Assembly (NCBI GenBank): GCA_028821785.1
Contig: JAPKFC010000003.1
Coordinates: 1-53,717 of the forward strand
Direction: 5' to 3'
Length of the DNA stretch: 53,717 bases
DNA from: Candidatus Poseidoniaceae archaeon
GTDB lineage: Archaea; Thermoplasmatota; Poseidoniia; Poseidoniales; Poseidoniaceae
Below are positions 1 to 7,929 of the stretch, one piece after another (position 1 is the first letter of the stretch; the number at the start of each line of letters is the position of its first letter). Below the pieces are notes generated by a model that saw only the letters and a program-made list of their open reading frames with translations, made no database searches and was not told the DNA's origin. Position numbers and translations under genes: made by a program.

Positions 1-96
1 CCATTTCTAGGTTTAAATATCTCTAAAAACATGCTAAAATATCGTGTAATTAGGTTTATTCACCAAAGAGATGATGTTGAAAGAAACTGATTGAAA

Positions 97-795
97 CTAA
101 CCTATTACCAGATGCCAAGCGATTGCAAATATTGCTACATCTGCAAGTGCATGAGTTATCCAAGCCACCCATACTGAGCGATAGGTGACGTAAACCCAAG
201 AGAAAATAGAACCACCTACAAAGACACCGCAGGAACCGATTAGAGTGCCTAAAGGACTAATGAAAAAGGACAATGCAATCGCGTGATGTAAGGTGAATAT
301 CGCTGCTGAAAGAAATATTGGTTTCCATTTCCCCGATAGCAAGATTTCAGCCTTGCTGGTGATGAACCAGCGGAATACATATTCCTCTAATACAGAATTA
401 ATAAATACCCAGAATAAAATAGCGAATCCTAATTTCCATGCAACTGTTAATCCAACTGGTTCTAACAAGAGATATAACATTTCTTCATCCATCAAATCAC
501 CAAATAATAAGTAGGCTGCAACAATTGCTACGACCATTCCTAATCCAAGTCCAGTAGCGACCATAAACCCACCATTTTCAGGTTTTGACCAACTAATCTG
601 TTGTTGATCTATTTTTAAATGCCAAAAAGAAGGTAGGGCAAATATCCAAATCTTTAGTATTATGAATACAATAACCGCAATAATTCCAGCTTTCAGTGCA
701 AATCCTGTCAGAATGGAAATAGTTGGGGCAATTCCAACCAGCACCAAGGCAAGTAGCGCTAATTGCTTGTCCTTAGTAAATGATGCTTGACTCAT
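97..795 (-). CDS. CPBP family intramembrane glutamic endopeptidase (CAAX protease/Abi-like)
   Basis: Multi-TM protein with LEEYVFR, FTLHH and HALAD motifs. ATG at 795 preferred over track TTG at 804 (promoter-like motif 24 nt upstream). Confidence 0.85.
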   Translation of the reverse strand: MSQASFTKDKQLALLALVLVGIAPTISILTGFALKAGIIAVIVFIILKIWIFALPSFWHLKIDQQQISWSKPENGGFMVATGLGLGMVVAIVAAYLLFGDLMDEEMLYLLLEPVGLTVAWKLGFAILFWVFINSVLEEYVFRWFITSKAEILLSGKWKPIFLSAAIFTLHHAIALSFFISPLGTLIGSCGVFVGGSIFSWVYVTYRSVWVAWITHALADVAIFAIAWHLVIG

Positions 796-818
796 CAAAT
801 CCAATCAAACCCCGTTTG

Positions 819-826
819 CTTATCAA
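819..826 (-). promoter_or_regulatory. TATA-like box TTGATAAG upstream of the CPBP gene
   Basis: CTTATCAA on the + strand, 24 nt upstream of the ATG at 795; the same motif recurs at 3663-3670 and 18402-18409. Confidence 0.5.
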
Positions 827-850
827 ACTGTAGCCGGAATCAGCCAATAT

Positions 851-1765
851 TCACTCACTAATTTCGCTTTTCATGGCCGCTAAAGCCCCACTGGCACCTG
901 GCATAGGTAATGGCATTGGAAGTGGTTTTCCATCTAGCCCTAGTAGTGCTGGTAATGGGTTTCCATCGATTCCAATCAACTGAGGAAGGACTACTTCAGG
1001 TTTTTCAACTGCTTCAAAACCAGTATCTAGAGCTGTACGTAATTTGAGGATTCTTGATTCATCAATACGAATAAATGTAGCACCATAGACGTGACCAGGT
1101 GCTGGATTTAGCGGTTCATCCAAGATGCTATGACCATGTCCTGCTGTTTGTAATAAAGCAACTAAATCCTCACCAATATCTTGCTGTTGTTGTAATTTTA
1201 CAGTTGATGCTCGGATCTCTGCAAGGTGTCCGCGACGGCGCTTTTCTACGCGCTGACGAATTTCAGCGTGCTGAATTTTCTTTTGATTTACAGTTACATC
1301 AATATCTGCATCCTCAATCGATTCTGGACTCACCTCAATAACGAATTCATCAGCGACATGGACCTCTTCCATCTCAACAACGACGTCCATGTCCTCAGAA
1401 GCATCTGCTTCTGCCATTGCCAGTGCTTTGTCTGCATTTGCAGCCTGAACCTTAGCCATCTTACGTTCTTTCAAAGTTGTTCCATCTGTACTTCCGACCT
1501 TTACTGGAGCAGGAATATTGCTTTGCTGTTCTTCAACTTCTTCTTCAACTTCTTCAACAGGAGTTTTTGCTGACCTTACTGCTTTACGTGGGGCTAAGTT
1601 TGCCACTTTCTCTCGATGCCCAAGTTGGACCCAAGCAAAGGCAAGTACTGCCATTAATGCAAATGCACCCCATTTGGCTTCATCTTGCATACTGCCAATG
1701 GAAGTGAGGTAAAAAATCAATACTGAGACGAATATTAGACCTACAACAGTACGTGCAAAACTCAT
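851..1765 (-). CDS. Hypothetical membrane-anchored protein (2 N-terminal TM segments, acidic linker, coiled coil, Pro-rich tail)
   Basis: Long ORF; start moved to MSFART (1765). No family recognised. Confidence 0.7.
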   Translation of the reverse strand: MSFARTVVGLIFVSVLIFYLTSIGSMQDEAKWGAFALMAVLAFAWVQLGHREKVANLAPRKAVRSAKTPVEEVEEEVEEQQSNIPAPVKVGSTDGTTLKERKMAKVQAANADKALAMAEADASEDMDVVVEMEEVHVADEFVIEVSPESIEDADIDVTVNQKKIQHAEIRQRVEKRRRGHLAEIRASTVKLQQQQDIGEDLVALLQTAGHGHSILDEPLNPAPGHVYGATFIRIDESRILKLRTALDTGFEAVEKPEVVLPQLIGIDGNPLPALLGLDGKPLPMPLPMPGASGALAAMKSEISE

Positions 1766-1842
1766 CCGTATCAAACAATGCACAATGCTTTGACTTATGA
1801 TGCTGATGCTTGCACAGTGAAAACCATTTATGGTGACTTTGA

Positions 1843-2493
1843 TTATAGTTGTGTTATCAAATCATTTAATGCCCTCATGCGATGAGAAAACAATTGCTTT
1901 TTCTCTAACTCAACCGCCCCAAAAGTAGCCCCGTGAGTACTGGTTTCACCATAGTTGCCCGCAGTCAATGCATTACCTAAACCATCTAAGTCAAAAGGAA
2001 CGAATATCGGATCAAAACCAAATCCCTCTTCACCATTAATTTCTTGTGAAATCCAACCTGGGCATTTTCCATTGCCAAATATAATTTCTTGGCCATTCCA
2101 TAATGCGGCAACCGCTTGGAATTCTGCCCCCCTCAATTGACCATTCATTACAGGGTCTTGACTTTCCAAATGCGATAGTAATTTCAATATTCCATTACAG
2201 CCAATAGTCTTCAAAGCATATGCGGAGTAGACTCCGGGGAAGCCGTTTAGATGCTGAATAAACAAACCTGCATCTTCAACTAATAACATATCTTCTTTAT
2301 TGGGAAGGTGAGGTAATGCTTGAGTTATTTTGGCTTGGGCTACCAAATATAAATCATCTGATTGTGGCTCTAAAAGTTCTTCATCAATAATCAATTGCTC
2401 AACTTCATAACCTAATTTATGAAGATGATGTTCAGCCTCTTTGACTTTACCCAAATTACCGGTTAGGAACCAAATCTTCTTGCCCATGAGCAT
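1843..2493 (-). CDS. rdgB: Non-canonical purine NTP pyrophosphatase (RdgB/HAM1, ITPase family)
   Basis: TGNLGKVKE, VEDAGLF, GFPGVYS, GFGFDPIF and SHRMRA motifs. Confidence 0.92.
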   Translation of the reverse strand: MLMGKKIWFLTGNLGKVKEAEHHLHKLGYEVEQLIIDEELLEPQSDDLYLVAQAKITQALPHLPNKEDMLLVEDAGLFIQHLNGFPGVYSAYALKTIGCNGILKLLSHLESQDPVMNGQLRGAEFQAVAALWNGQEIIFGNGKCPGWISQEINGEEGFGFDPIFVPFDLDGLGNALTAGNYGETSTHGATFGAVELEKKQLFSHRMRALNDLITQL

Positions 2494-2579
2494 TGGCTTG
2501 AGCAGGGGGGTATTGATTACACCGCCTTAATGGAAGGATGAGGAGGTGATTTCAAAGCAGTGGAGTTGGAAGGAGGGTT

Positions 2580-2951
2580 ATGATGCAACAGTTTGGGTTG
2601 GTCGCTCTCGGGGGGGCAATCGGTGCCGCACTTAGATACAGCATTAGCCTATATTTGTCAGGTGACGGGTTTCCATGGGCAACACTCAGCGTCAATATGA
2701 TTGGCTCGCTATTGTTAGGAATTGTTGCGGTAGCTCTAACTCAAGAATTAATTTCACAAGATGTTGCGTTGATTTTAGGGACTGGGGTTCTGGGTGCGTT
2801 CACAACCATGTCTGCATTCTCAGTTGAAACTTTGAATATGTTTCAAAGTCAACAAACATCCTCAGCGATCATCTATATCGCAATAACAATGGTGATTTGT
2901 CCAATACTTGCTTTCTTAGGCTGGAAAATCGGTGAACTTTTCATCGCATAA
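2580..2951 (+). CDS. crcB: Fluoride channel Fluc/CrcB
   Basis: 4 TM, 123 aa; GGAIGAALRY, FPWATLSVNMIGS and GAFTTMSAF motifs; GGAGG upstream. Confidence 0.9.
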   Translation: MMQQFGLVALGGAIGAALRYSISLYLSGDGFPWATLSVNMIGSLLLGIVAVALTQELISQDVALILGTGVLGAFTTMSAFSVETLNMFQSQQTSSAIIYIAITMVICPILAFLGWKIGELFIA

Positions 2952-2956
2952 TGATA

Positions 2957-3643
2957 TCAACCGTGATATCGAACTCTACTTCGAACATTTTCAAATCGCT
3001 CTAGTACTTCTTCTGCTGTAGGCACTAATCCACCACTTTGTTCAGGTGCTGTTCCGAGGCTTTTCTCTTCTTCGAGATACGCTGACAGTACCAAATCTAT
3101 TGCACCATGGTGATTAGGATGGGATGCTGAAAGTATCTCATCAATTACATGTAAATCAATTCCAAAGCGTTCAACTTCATAATCGATTACGGCTAATCCG
3201 AAGTCAATTAATACAGCATTACCTTGCTCATCGATTAGAATATTGTTGCTTGATAAATCCCCATGAGTTATTGCTTGGCGGTGAAGAATGCGTATTGCCG
3301 CACCTGTACTGCGTAATGCCTTGATGACTAATTGTTCGGACGTTTCAGCATTGTTAAGAATTTCAATCAATGGAATCCCTGGCATTCTTTGTATTATCAA
3401 TCGGCCTCCTGGTATATCTAAATCCCAAACTTGTGGAACCGTTATACCGGCGTTATGTAATCTCATCAAAATTTTTGCTTCGCTAACCATTCGCCGTGTT
3501 CCAAGCCTCTTGTCCAAATTTGGATGTCGCCATTGCCGACTTCTCCTCTGCTTTGAAACAGCCGAGCGTCCCATCCATGATCCCGACCAAACTTCCGCCT
3601 CGGCTCCGAGATGAAGACGCTTATCAGGAATAAAGACCATCAT
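2957..3643 (-). CDS. bud32: KEOPS complex kinase Bud32 (standalone)
   Basis: GAEA, RHPNLD, HGDLSSNN, LIDFGLA, FGIDLHV and C-terminal RVRY motifs. Confidence 0.92.
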   Translation of the reverse strand: MMVFIPDKRLHLGAEAEVWSGSWMGRSAVSKQRRSRQWRHPNLDKRLGTRRMVSEAKILMRLHNAGITVPQVWDLDIPGGRLIIQRMPGIPLIEILNNAETSEQLVIKALRSTGAAIRILHRQAITHGDLSSNNILIDEQGNAVLIDFGLAVIDYEVERFGIDLHVIDEILSASHPNHHGAIDLVLSAYLEEEKSLGTAPEQSGGLVPTAEEVLERFENVRSRVRYHG

Positions 3644-3662
3644 CTATGCGAATTACTCAGCA

Positions 3663-3670
3663 CTTATCAA
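3663..3670 (-). promoter_or_regulatory. TATA-like box TTGATAAG upstream of bud32
   Basis: CTTATCAA on the + strand, 20-23 nt upstream of the tandem ATGs at 3643/3640. Confidence 0.5.
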
Positions 3671-3728
3671 TCCGCTGTAAAAGAAATGCATTAAAAAGGG
3701 GCGGGAGATTCGTTATACTTGAGGCCAC

Positions 3729-4883
3729 ATGACAATCTCACTACCTGCGTGTTCCGTGGATTTCATGGATACAAGTTTGTCTCCTGAAGAACAGGATATA
3801 GCCGCAAGGATCACTGAATTAAAACAACAATTAGGTGATGATTTATTAATTCTGGGACATCACTATCAGAGAGATAGTATTGTCATGCATGCAGATTTCT
3901 TAGGCGACTCGTTCATGCTTAGCCAAAAAGCTGCTGAATCAACTGCCAAGTATATCGTATTCTGCGGAGTACACTTCATGGCAGAGTCTGCTGATATTCT
4001 TACCACCGAGGAACAAATCGTAATATTACCAAATATGAGAGCGGGATGTTCTATGGCAGATATGGCAACCTTTGCTGAAGTTGATGTTGCTTGGAAAGAA
4101 ATAATCGAACAATCGGGATTATCAGATCCAATCAATCGCGACAACCCCGACTCCCCAGTTGAAGAAGGCCAGTCGTTTTTAGTTCCTGTAACTTACATGA
4201 ATTCAAGTGCTGAACTCAAAGATTTCGTCGGACGTCATGGAGGAATAGTCTGCACCTCAACCAATGCCACAGGTGTATTGGATTGGGCATTTGAAAGAGC
4301 GGGTAAAGATGGAGCTGTTTTGTTTTTCCCAGACCAGCATTTGGGCAGAAATACAGGTACTAAGATGGGGATTGCAGCAGAAAAAATGCCAACATGGATT
4401 CCTAATATTGGCTCTATGGGAGAAGTAAAGGGTTCTCGAATCATCTTGTGGCATGGGTTCTGCTCTGTCCACACTAGGTTCACAGTTGAACAAATCGAAG
4501 ATTTTAGACAGCGTTATCCTGAAGGATATGTTGTGATTCATCCCGAGACACCGATTGAATCAGTACAACTCGCAGATGCTAGTGGCTCAACTCAATTTAT
4601 TCGTAACTATGTCGCAGACTTACCTTCTGGAAGTGCTGTTGCTATCGGTACAGAAATCAATATGGTCGCAAGGTTAGCAAATGAACATCCGGACAAACAT
4701 ATCGAATGTCTTGATCCTGAAATTTGTCCATGCTCAACAATGTATATGATTCATCCAGCATACCTCATGGATGTCTTGGAAAGAATTATTGATGGTGAAA
4801 AACCAAATCAAGTAACTGTACCAGAAGAGATTCAGCAAGGCTCACTACTAGCACTCAATAGAATGCTATCTATCCTTAAGTGA
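3729..4883 (+). CDS. nadA: Quinolinate synthase A
   Basis: GHHYQRD, CGVHFMAES, GCSMADMA, PDQHLG, GFCSVH, IHPE and CPCSTM (three Fe-S Cys). Confidence 0.95.
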   Translation: MTISLPACSVDFMDTSLSPEEQDIAARITELKQQLGDDLLILGHHYQRDSIVMHADFLGDSFMLSQKAAESTAKYIVFCGVHFMAESADILTTEEQIVILPNMRAGCSMADMATFAEVDVAWKEIIEQSGLSDPINRDNPDSPVEEGQSFLVPVTYMNSSAELKDFVGRHGGIVCTSTNATGVLDWAFERAGKDGAVLFFPDQHLGRNTGTKMGIAAEKMPTWIPNIGSMGEVKGSRIILWHGFCSVHTRFTVEQIEDFRQRYPEGYVVIHPETPIESVQLADASGSTQFIRNYVADLPSGSAVAIGTEINMVARLANEHPDKHIECLDPEICPCSTMYMIHPAYLMDVLERIIDGEKPNQVTVPEEIQQGSLLALNRMLSILK

Positions 4884-4885
4884 AA

Positions 4886-5305
4886 TCAAGCGGTTAGCAA
4901 ACGAAGTTCTTCTAGGGCTCGTAGTTCCATCATACAAATTTGTTCAATAGAATCAAATAAATCCCTATCACCTGCATCTTTCAGTAAATCCATTACTGCA
5001 GTGTAGGCCTTTGCTGCGATTTTTTCAGTTTCATATGCCTCATTCAACATTAGTTGGTAATCCGTGGTATGGACAATCGCTTTGGCATTTCTCTCAGTAA
5101 CTGGAACTCCACCCAACTTGACAATGCCTCTGCGAACAAAATCTGCATGAGTGATAGATTCAGATACTTCTTTCGAAAAATATGGTGCAAGTTGCATGCG
5201 ATTTATTCCCATTACTGTTGCACTATAATGTGCATACATGTTAATCGCACGTAATTCCAATGCTAGCGCATCGTTCATTTTATCAATTAGATTTTTATCA
5301 GCCAT
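4886..5305 (-). CDS. Ferritin-like / bacterioferritin-like protein
   Basis: Four-helix pattern ALELRAINMY ... ESITHAD ... LGGVP ... ETEKIA ... MELRALEEL; start moved to MADKN (5305). Confidence 0.75.
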   Translation of the reverse strand: MADKNLIDKMNDALALELRAINMYAHYSATVMGINRMQLAPYFSKEVSESITHADFVRRGIVKLGGVPVTERNAKAIVHTTDYQLMLNEAYETEKIAAKAYTAVMDLLKDAGDRDLFDSIEQICMMELRALEELRLLTA

Positions 5306-5400
5306 TTTATCAACTCTTAGGGAATACGAAACTTTACAATTACCTTTTCCCTTAGATGTAGCAAATAGTTTCAACTAAATAAAACCCTGTAATCTGAGTA

Positions 5401-7470
5401 TTACTGGGTTTTTGCTCTTTTAACTTCTGATTGACGTTGATAAGCGTTAATGAATACTAACAATATTGCAGCCAAAGTTCCCACTTGCATGACAATATTA
5501 GAATATAGTTTCAACTCTGGTTGCCATGAATGAATTTCAATTGTTACTGTACCTTCATCGTCCATTTCAAAATATACCAAATGGTTTTCCAAAACATGTG
5601 GAGACCATTGATCTATTTCATCTGAAGTCAATGTCTCTGTAATATTGCTTTCTAAATTGGTGAAATAAATTTCACCATCTAAATATTTTTGTTGTGGATT
5701 AGCAGGATTGAGATGGTCCTTCACCGACCATGCCAAGATTCCATGCCCAAGACTCGGGTCTTTTACCGGGTATTTCGCGTCACTTGCTAACCATTGCGTC
5801 CCACTATCTCTATCAAACAGCACAAGACGTTCGGTTGCAGTTACATTGACGGTCGCTGCAACATAATCATAATTGAATACAAGATTTGTTATTTTGGCAT
5901 TGCTCATATTTACTGGAGTTCCCCACGATTCAAGCACTAGGTCTTGTTCGGGCGCTGCTTGGGCATTAATCTCAATCTGAAGTGCACCAAGAGTTCCGAT
6001 TCTAGCGATATATACTGTTGTTGGATTATCATTTGTGACATACGCAATCTCGCTACCTGCAGTTCTTATCATGGTGATGTTATGAATTTCAGGAGTTGGC
6101 ATAAATAATTGTTCACCTTCGATGTTAAAACCTGAAATATCTCCATCTTTGAGCATGATTATCGCAGGACCTGAAGGGGTATTTGCGATGATGATTTGTT
6201 CCGGGGAATCAACTGGCATACTCAAAGTAATTATTTCTGGAGTTGTGATATCTACTGCCATCAGCGTAGTTTCATTAGACATTACCACTAAAGTATCTGA
6301 AATCGCATAGGGGGAATCTAATTTCATAATTGGTTGTACTACGTCAATTGCAGATGCTGAATTTATTGAAAGATCATGAACAACCAATAATGCACCTTCT
6401 ACTCTATCGTCCATGGTTACCATCCAACCGTCAACTGCCTCAACACCTTGAGGTGCCTCAACTCCGCCTGCTGGCAACGATTGGTGGGTTAGGTCCCAAG
6501 TGATTATTGAAGTTATCAAAATTAATACGACTATTGCAAGAACCCCTGTTTCCCTACTGGTTGGTGTTCTGTATTGCTGAATGGTATCTTTGATTTTTCC
6601 ATTGACAATAGACAATGCTTTTCCAGGATTTGTTAGTACTGTAACCAATCTGGAATTAATAGTTCTCTCATCAAAAACCTTCCACCATGGGCCTGCTGTT
6701 CTTTCTGCTAAACCTACTGCTGCAACGGCAACAAGCATTCCACCGATGATATCTAAGAACCAATGGATTCCGAGATAGACGATTGCAAATGAAGTTAACA
6801 AAACATATGATAAAACGAGATGACGATAACGATTCCACCGTTTATCTTCATCAAATCTAGTAATGCACAACCACACAGCAAATGGTACGCCAATGTGTAG
6901 ACTCGGCATCGCATTAGAAAATGGGTCGATTCTTCTAAACCAATCGTTAATTTCTGGAGTTAATGAATATGCCAATGTTTCCATTTCGGGAATTGTGTCA
7001 CCTGTTACTCTAACATTGAAGAAAAGATAAAACGGAACTGCTAGCAAGTATACCCAAGCGATAGAAAGTGTGATTCTATCTGCCATCCATCTATCATCAA
7101 AATAAGCAAAATAAAAGATTGAAACATAACAAATAAACATGAATCCTGTAACATAATAATGTGTCAAGAACACAGTCAGTGCATCGTTTTCAAACGTTTG
7201 TTGTACCCAAAGCACCATATTTCCTTCAATGGCATAAATCCATGGAGTCATATCCAATCCAGCTGAAGCCATCAGAATTCGATCGACTTGATCAAGGAAA
7301 TCTTTAGCGTTATAGATCATAAAAACGATTGTTATATGAATCCAATATCTGCGAACAAAATCCACAAATGTCGGAATTGTTATAGTAAACCAAGGTGGTT
7401 TGAAAACAGGTAAAAGTATGACTCCTAGCGCCAATGCACTAATCATCCAACTCAAATAAATCCCGTCCAT
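5401..7470 (-). CDS. PAP2-superfamily (Aur1/IPC synthase-like) membrane enzyme fused to a putative extracellular beta-propeller domain with a C-terminal TM segment
   Basis: NAMPSLH and LGIHWFLDIIGG motifs in a multi-TM N-terminal half; beta-rich C-terminal half; GGAGGT SD upstream. Confidence 0.75.
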   Translation of the reverse strand: MDGIYLSWMISALALGVILLPVFKPPWFTITIPTFVDFVRRYWIHITIVFMIYNAKDFLDQVDRILMASAGLDMTPWIYAIEGNMVLWVQQTFENDALTVFLTHYYVTGFMFICYVSIFYFAYFDDRWMADRITLSIAWVYLLAVPFYLFFNVRVTGDTIPEMETLAYSLTPEINDWFRRIDPFSNAMPSLHIGVPFAVWLCITRFDEDKRWNRYRHLVLSYVLLTSFAIVYLGIHWFLDIIGGMLVAVAAVGLAERTAGPWWKVFDERTINSRLVTVLTNPGKALSIVNGKIKDTIQQYRTPTSRETGVLAIVVLILITSIITWDLTHQSLPAGGVEAPQGVEAVDGWMVTMDDRVEGALLVVHDLSINSASAIDVVQPIMKLDSPYAISDTLVVMSNETTLMAVDITTPEIITLSMPVDSPEQIIIANTPSGPAIIMLKDGDISGFNIEGEQLFMPTPEIHNITMIRTAGSEIAYVTNDNPTTVYIARIGTLGALQIEINAQAAPEQDLVLESWGTPVNMSNAKITNLVFNYDYVAATVNVTATERLVLFDRDSGTQWLASDAKYPVKDPSLGHGILAWSVKDHLNPANPQQKYLDGEIYFTNLESNITETLTSDEIDQWSPHVLENHLVYFEMDDEGTVTIEIHSWQPELKLYSNIVMQVGTLAAILLVFINAYQRQSEVKRAKTQ

Positions 7471-7480
7471 TGCTTAACCT

Positions 7481-7499
7481 CCAACCCCTATGGGGTTGG
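7481..7499. promoter_or_regulatory. Perfect 8-bp inverted repeat overlapping the SD of the PAP2 fusion gene
   Basis: CCAACCCC-TAT-GGGGTTGG; the SD complement ACCTCC spans 7477-7482. Confidence 0.45.
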
Positions 7500-7566
7500 T
7501 TTTAGATAATCAAATGATTGATGACAAAAATGTAATTTAGGGTAATTACAAACAGAAAATTATGAT

Positions 7567-7920
7567 TCACCACGCGCCATGCACGTATGGTTTGCCATTA
7601 TCTGGGTCACGACGATTTGCTAATGCCCAGATTCTCTCAAATCTAAATATTCCATTTGAACAACCATTCTGCCATATGAAATTAAGAGCATAATGTCCAA
7701 CTGGGTTAACACTTGGTTTGTGTAGTTTGAACGATTCTACTTGTTCGCGTAGTTTTAGGCTTGTTTCGTCTTCATTTCTTAGCGGTGAACAATTAGCACA
7801 TGGGCATGCATGGCGTAAATCATGATAGGTGACCGAGAACTCTTCCTCGTTGTCATAAGTCAAATGAAAATCTGATTCACGTCGTTCAATACGTACTAAA
7901 GTTGGCATCTGTTCTGCCAT
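7567..7920 (-). CDS. DUF971 / gamma-butyrobetaine hydroxylase N-terminal-like protein
   Basis: LRHACPCANC and VGHYALNFIWQNGCSNGIF match the DUF971 pattern (CPCAxC ... GxYAl ... DGHxxGIY). Confidence 0.85.
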   Translation of the reverse strand: MAEQMPTLVRIERRESDFHLTYDNEEEFSVTYHDLRHACPCANCSPLRNEDETSLKLREQVESFKLHKPSVNPVGHYALNFIWQNGCSNGIFRFERIWALANRRDPDNGKPYVHGAW

Positions 7921-7929
7921 AATAGTCCC

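Noticed and set aside
2494-2583. Fluoride riboswitch or SD-led mini-ORF (VELEGGL, 2560-2583) upstream of crcB
   Set aside because: No fluoride riboswitch consensus visible. The perfect AGGAGGTGAT at 2541-2550 and the 7-codon ORF are too short to support and may be chance in a purine-rich leader.
2957-3643. Bud32 not fused to Kae1
   Set aside because: Stand-alone Bud32 is common in archaea; not notable.
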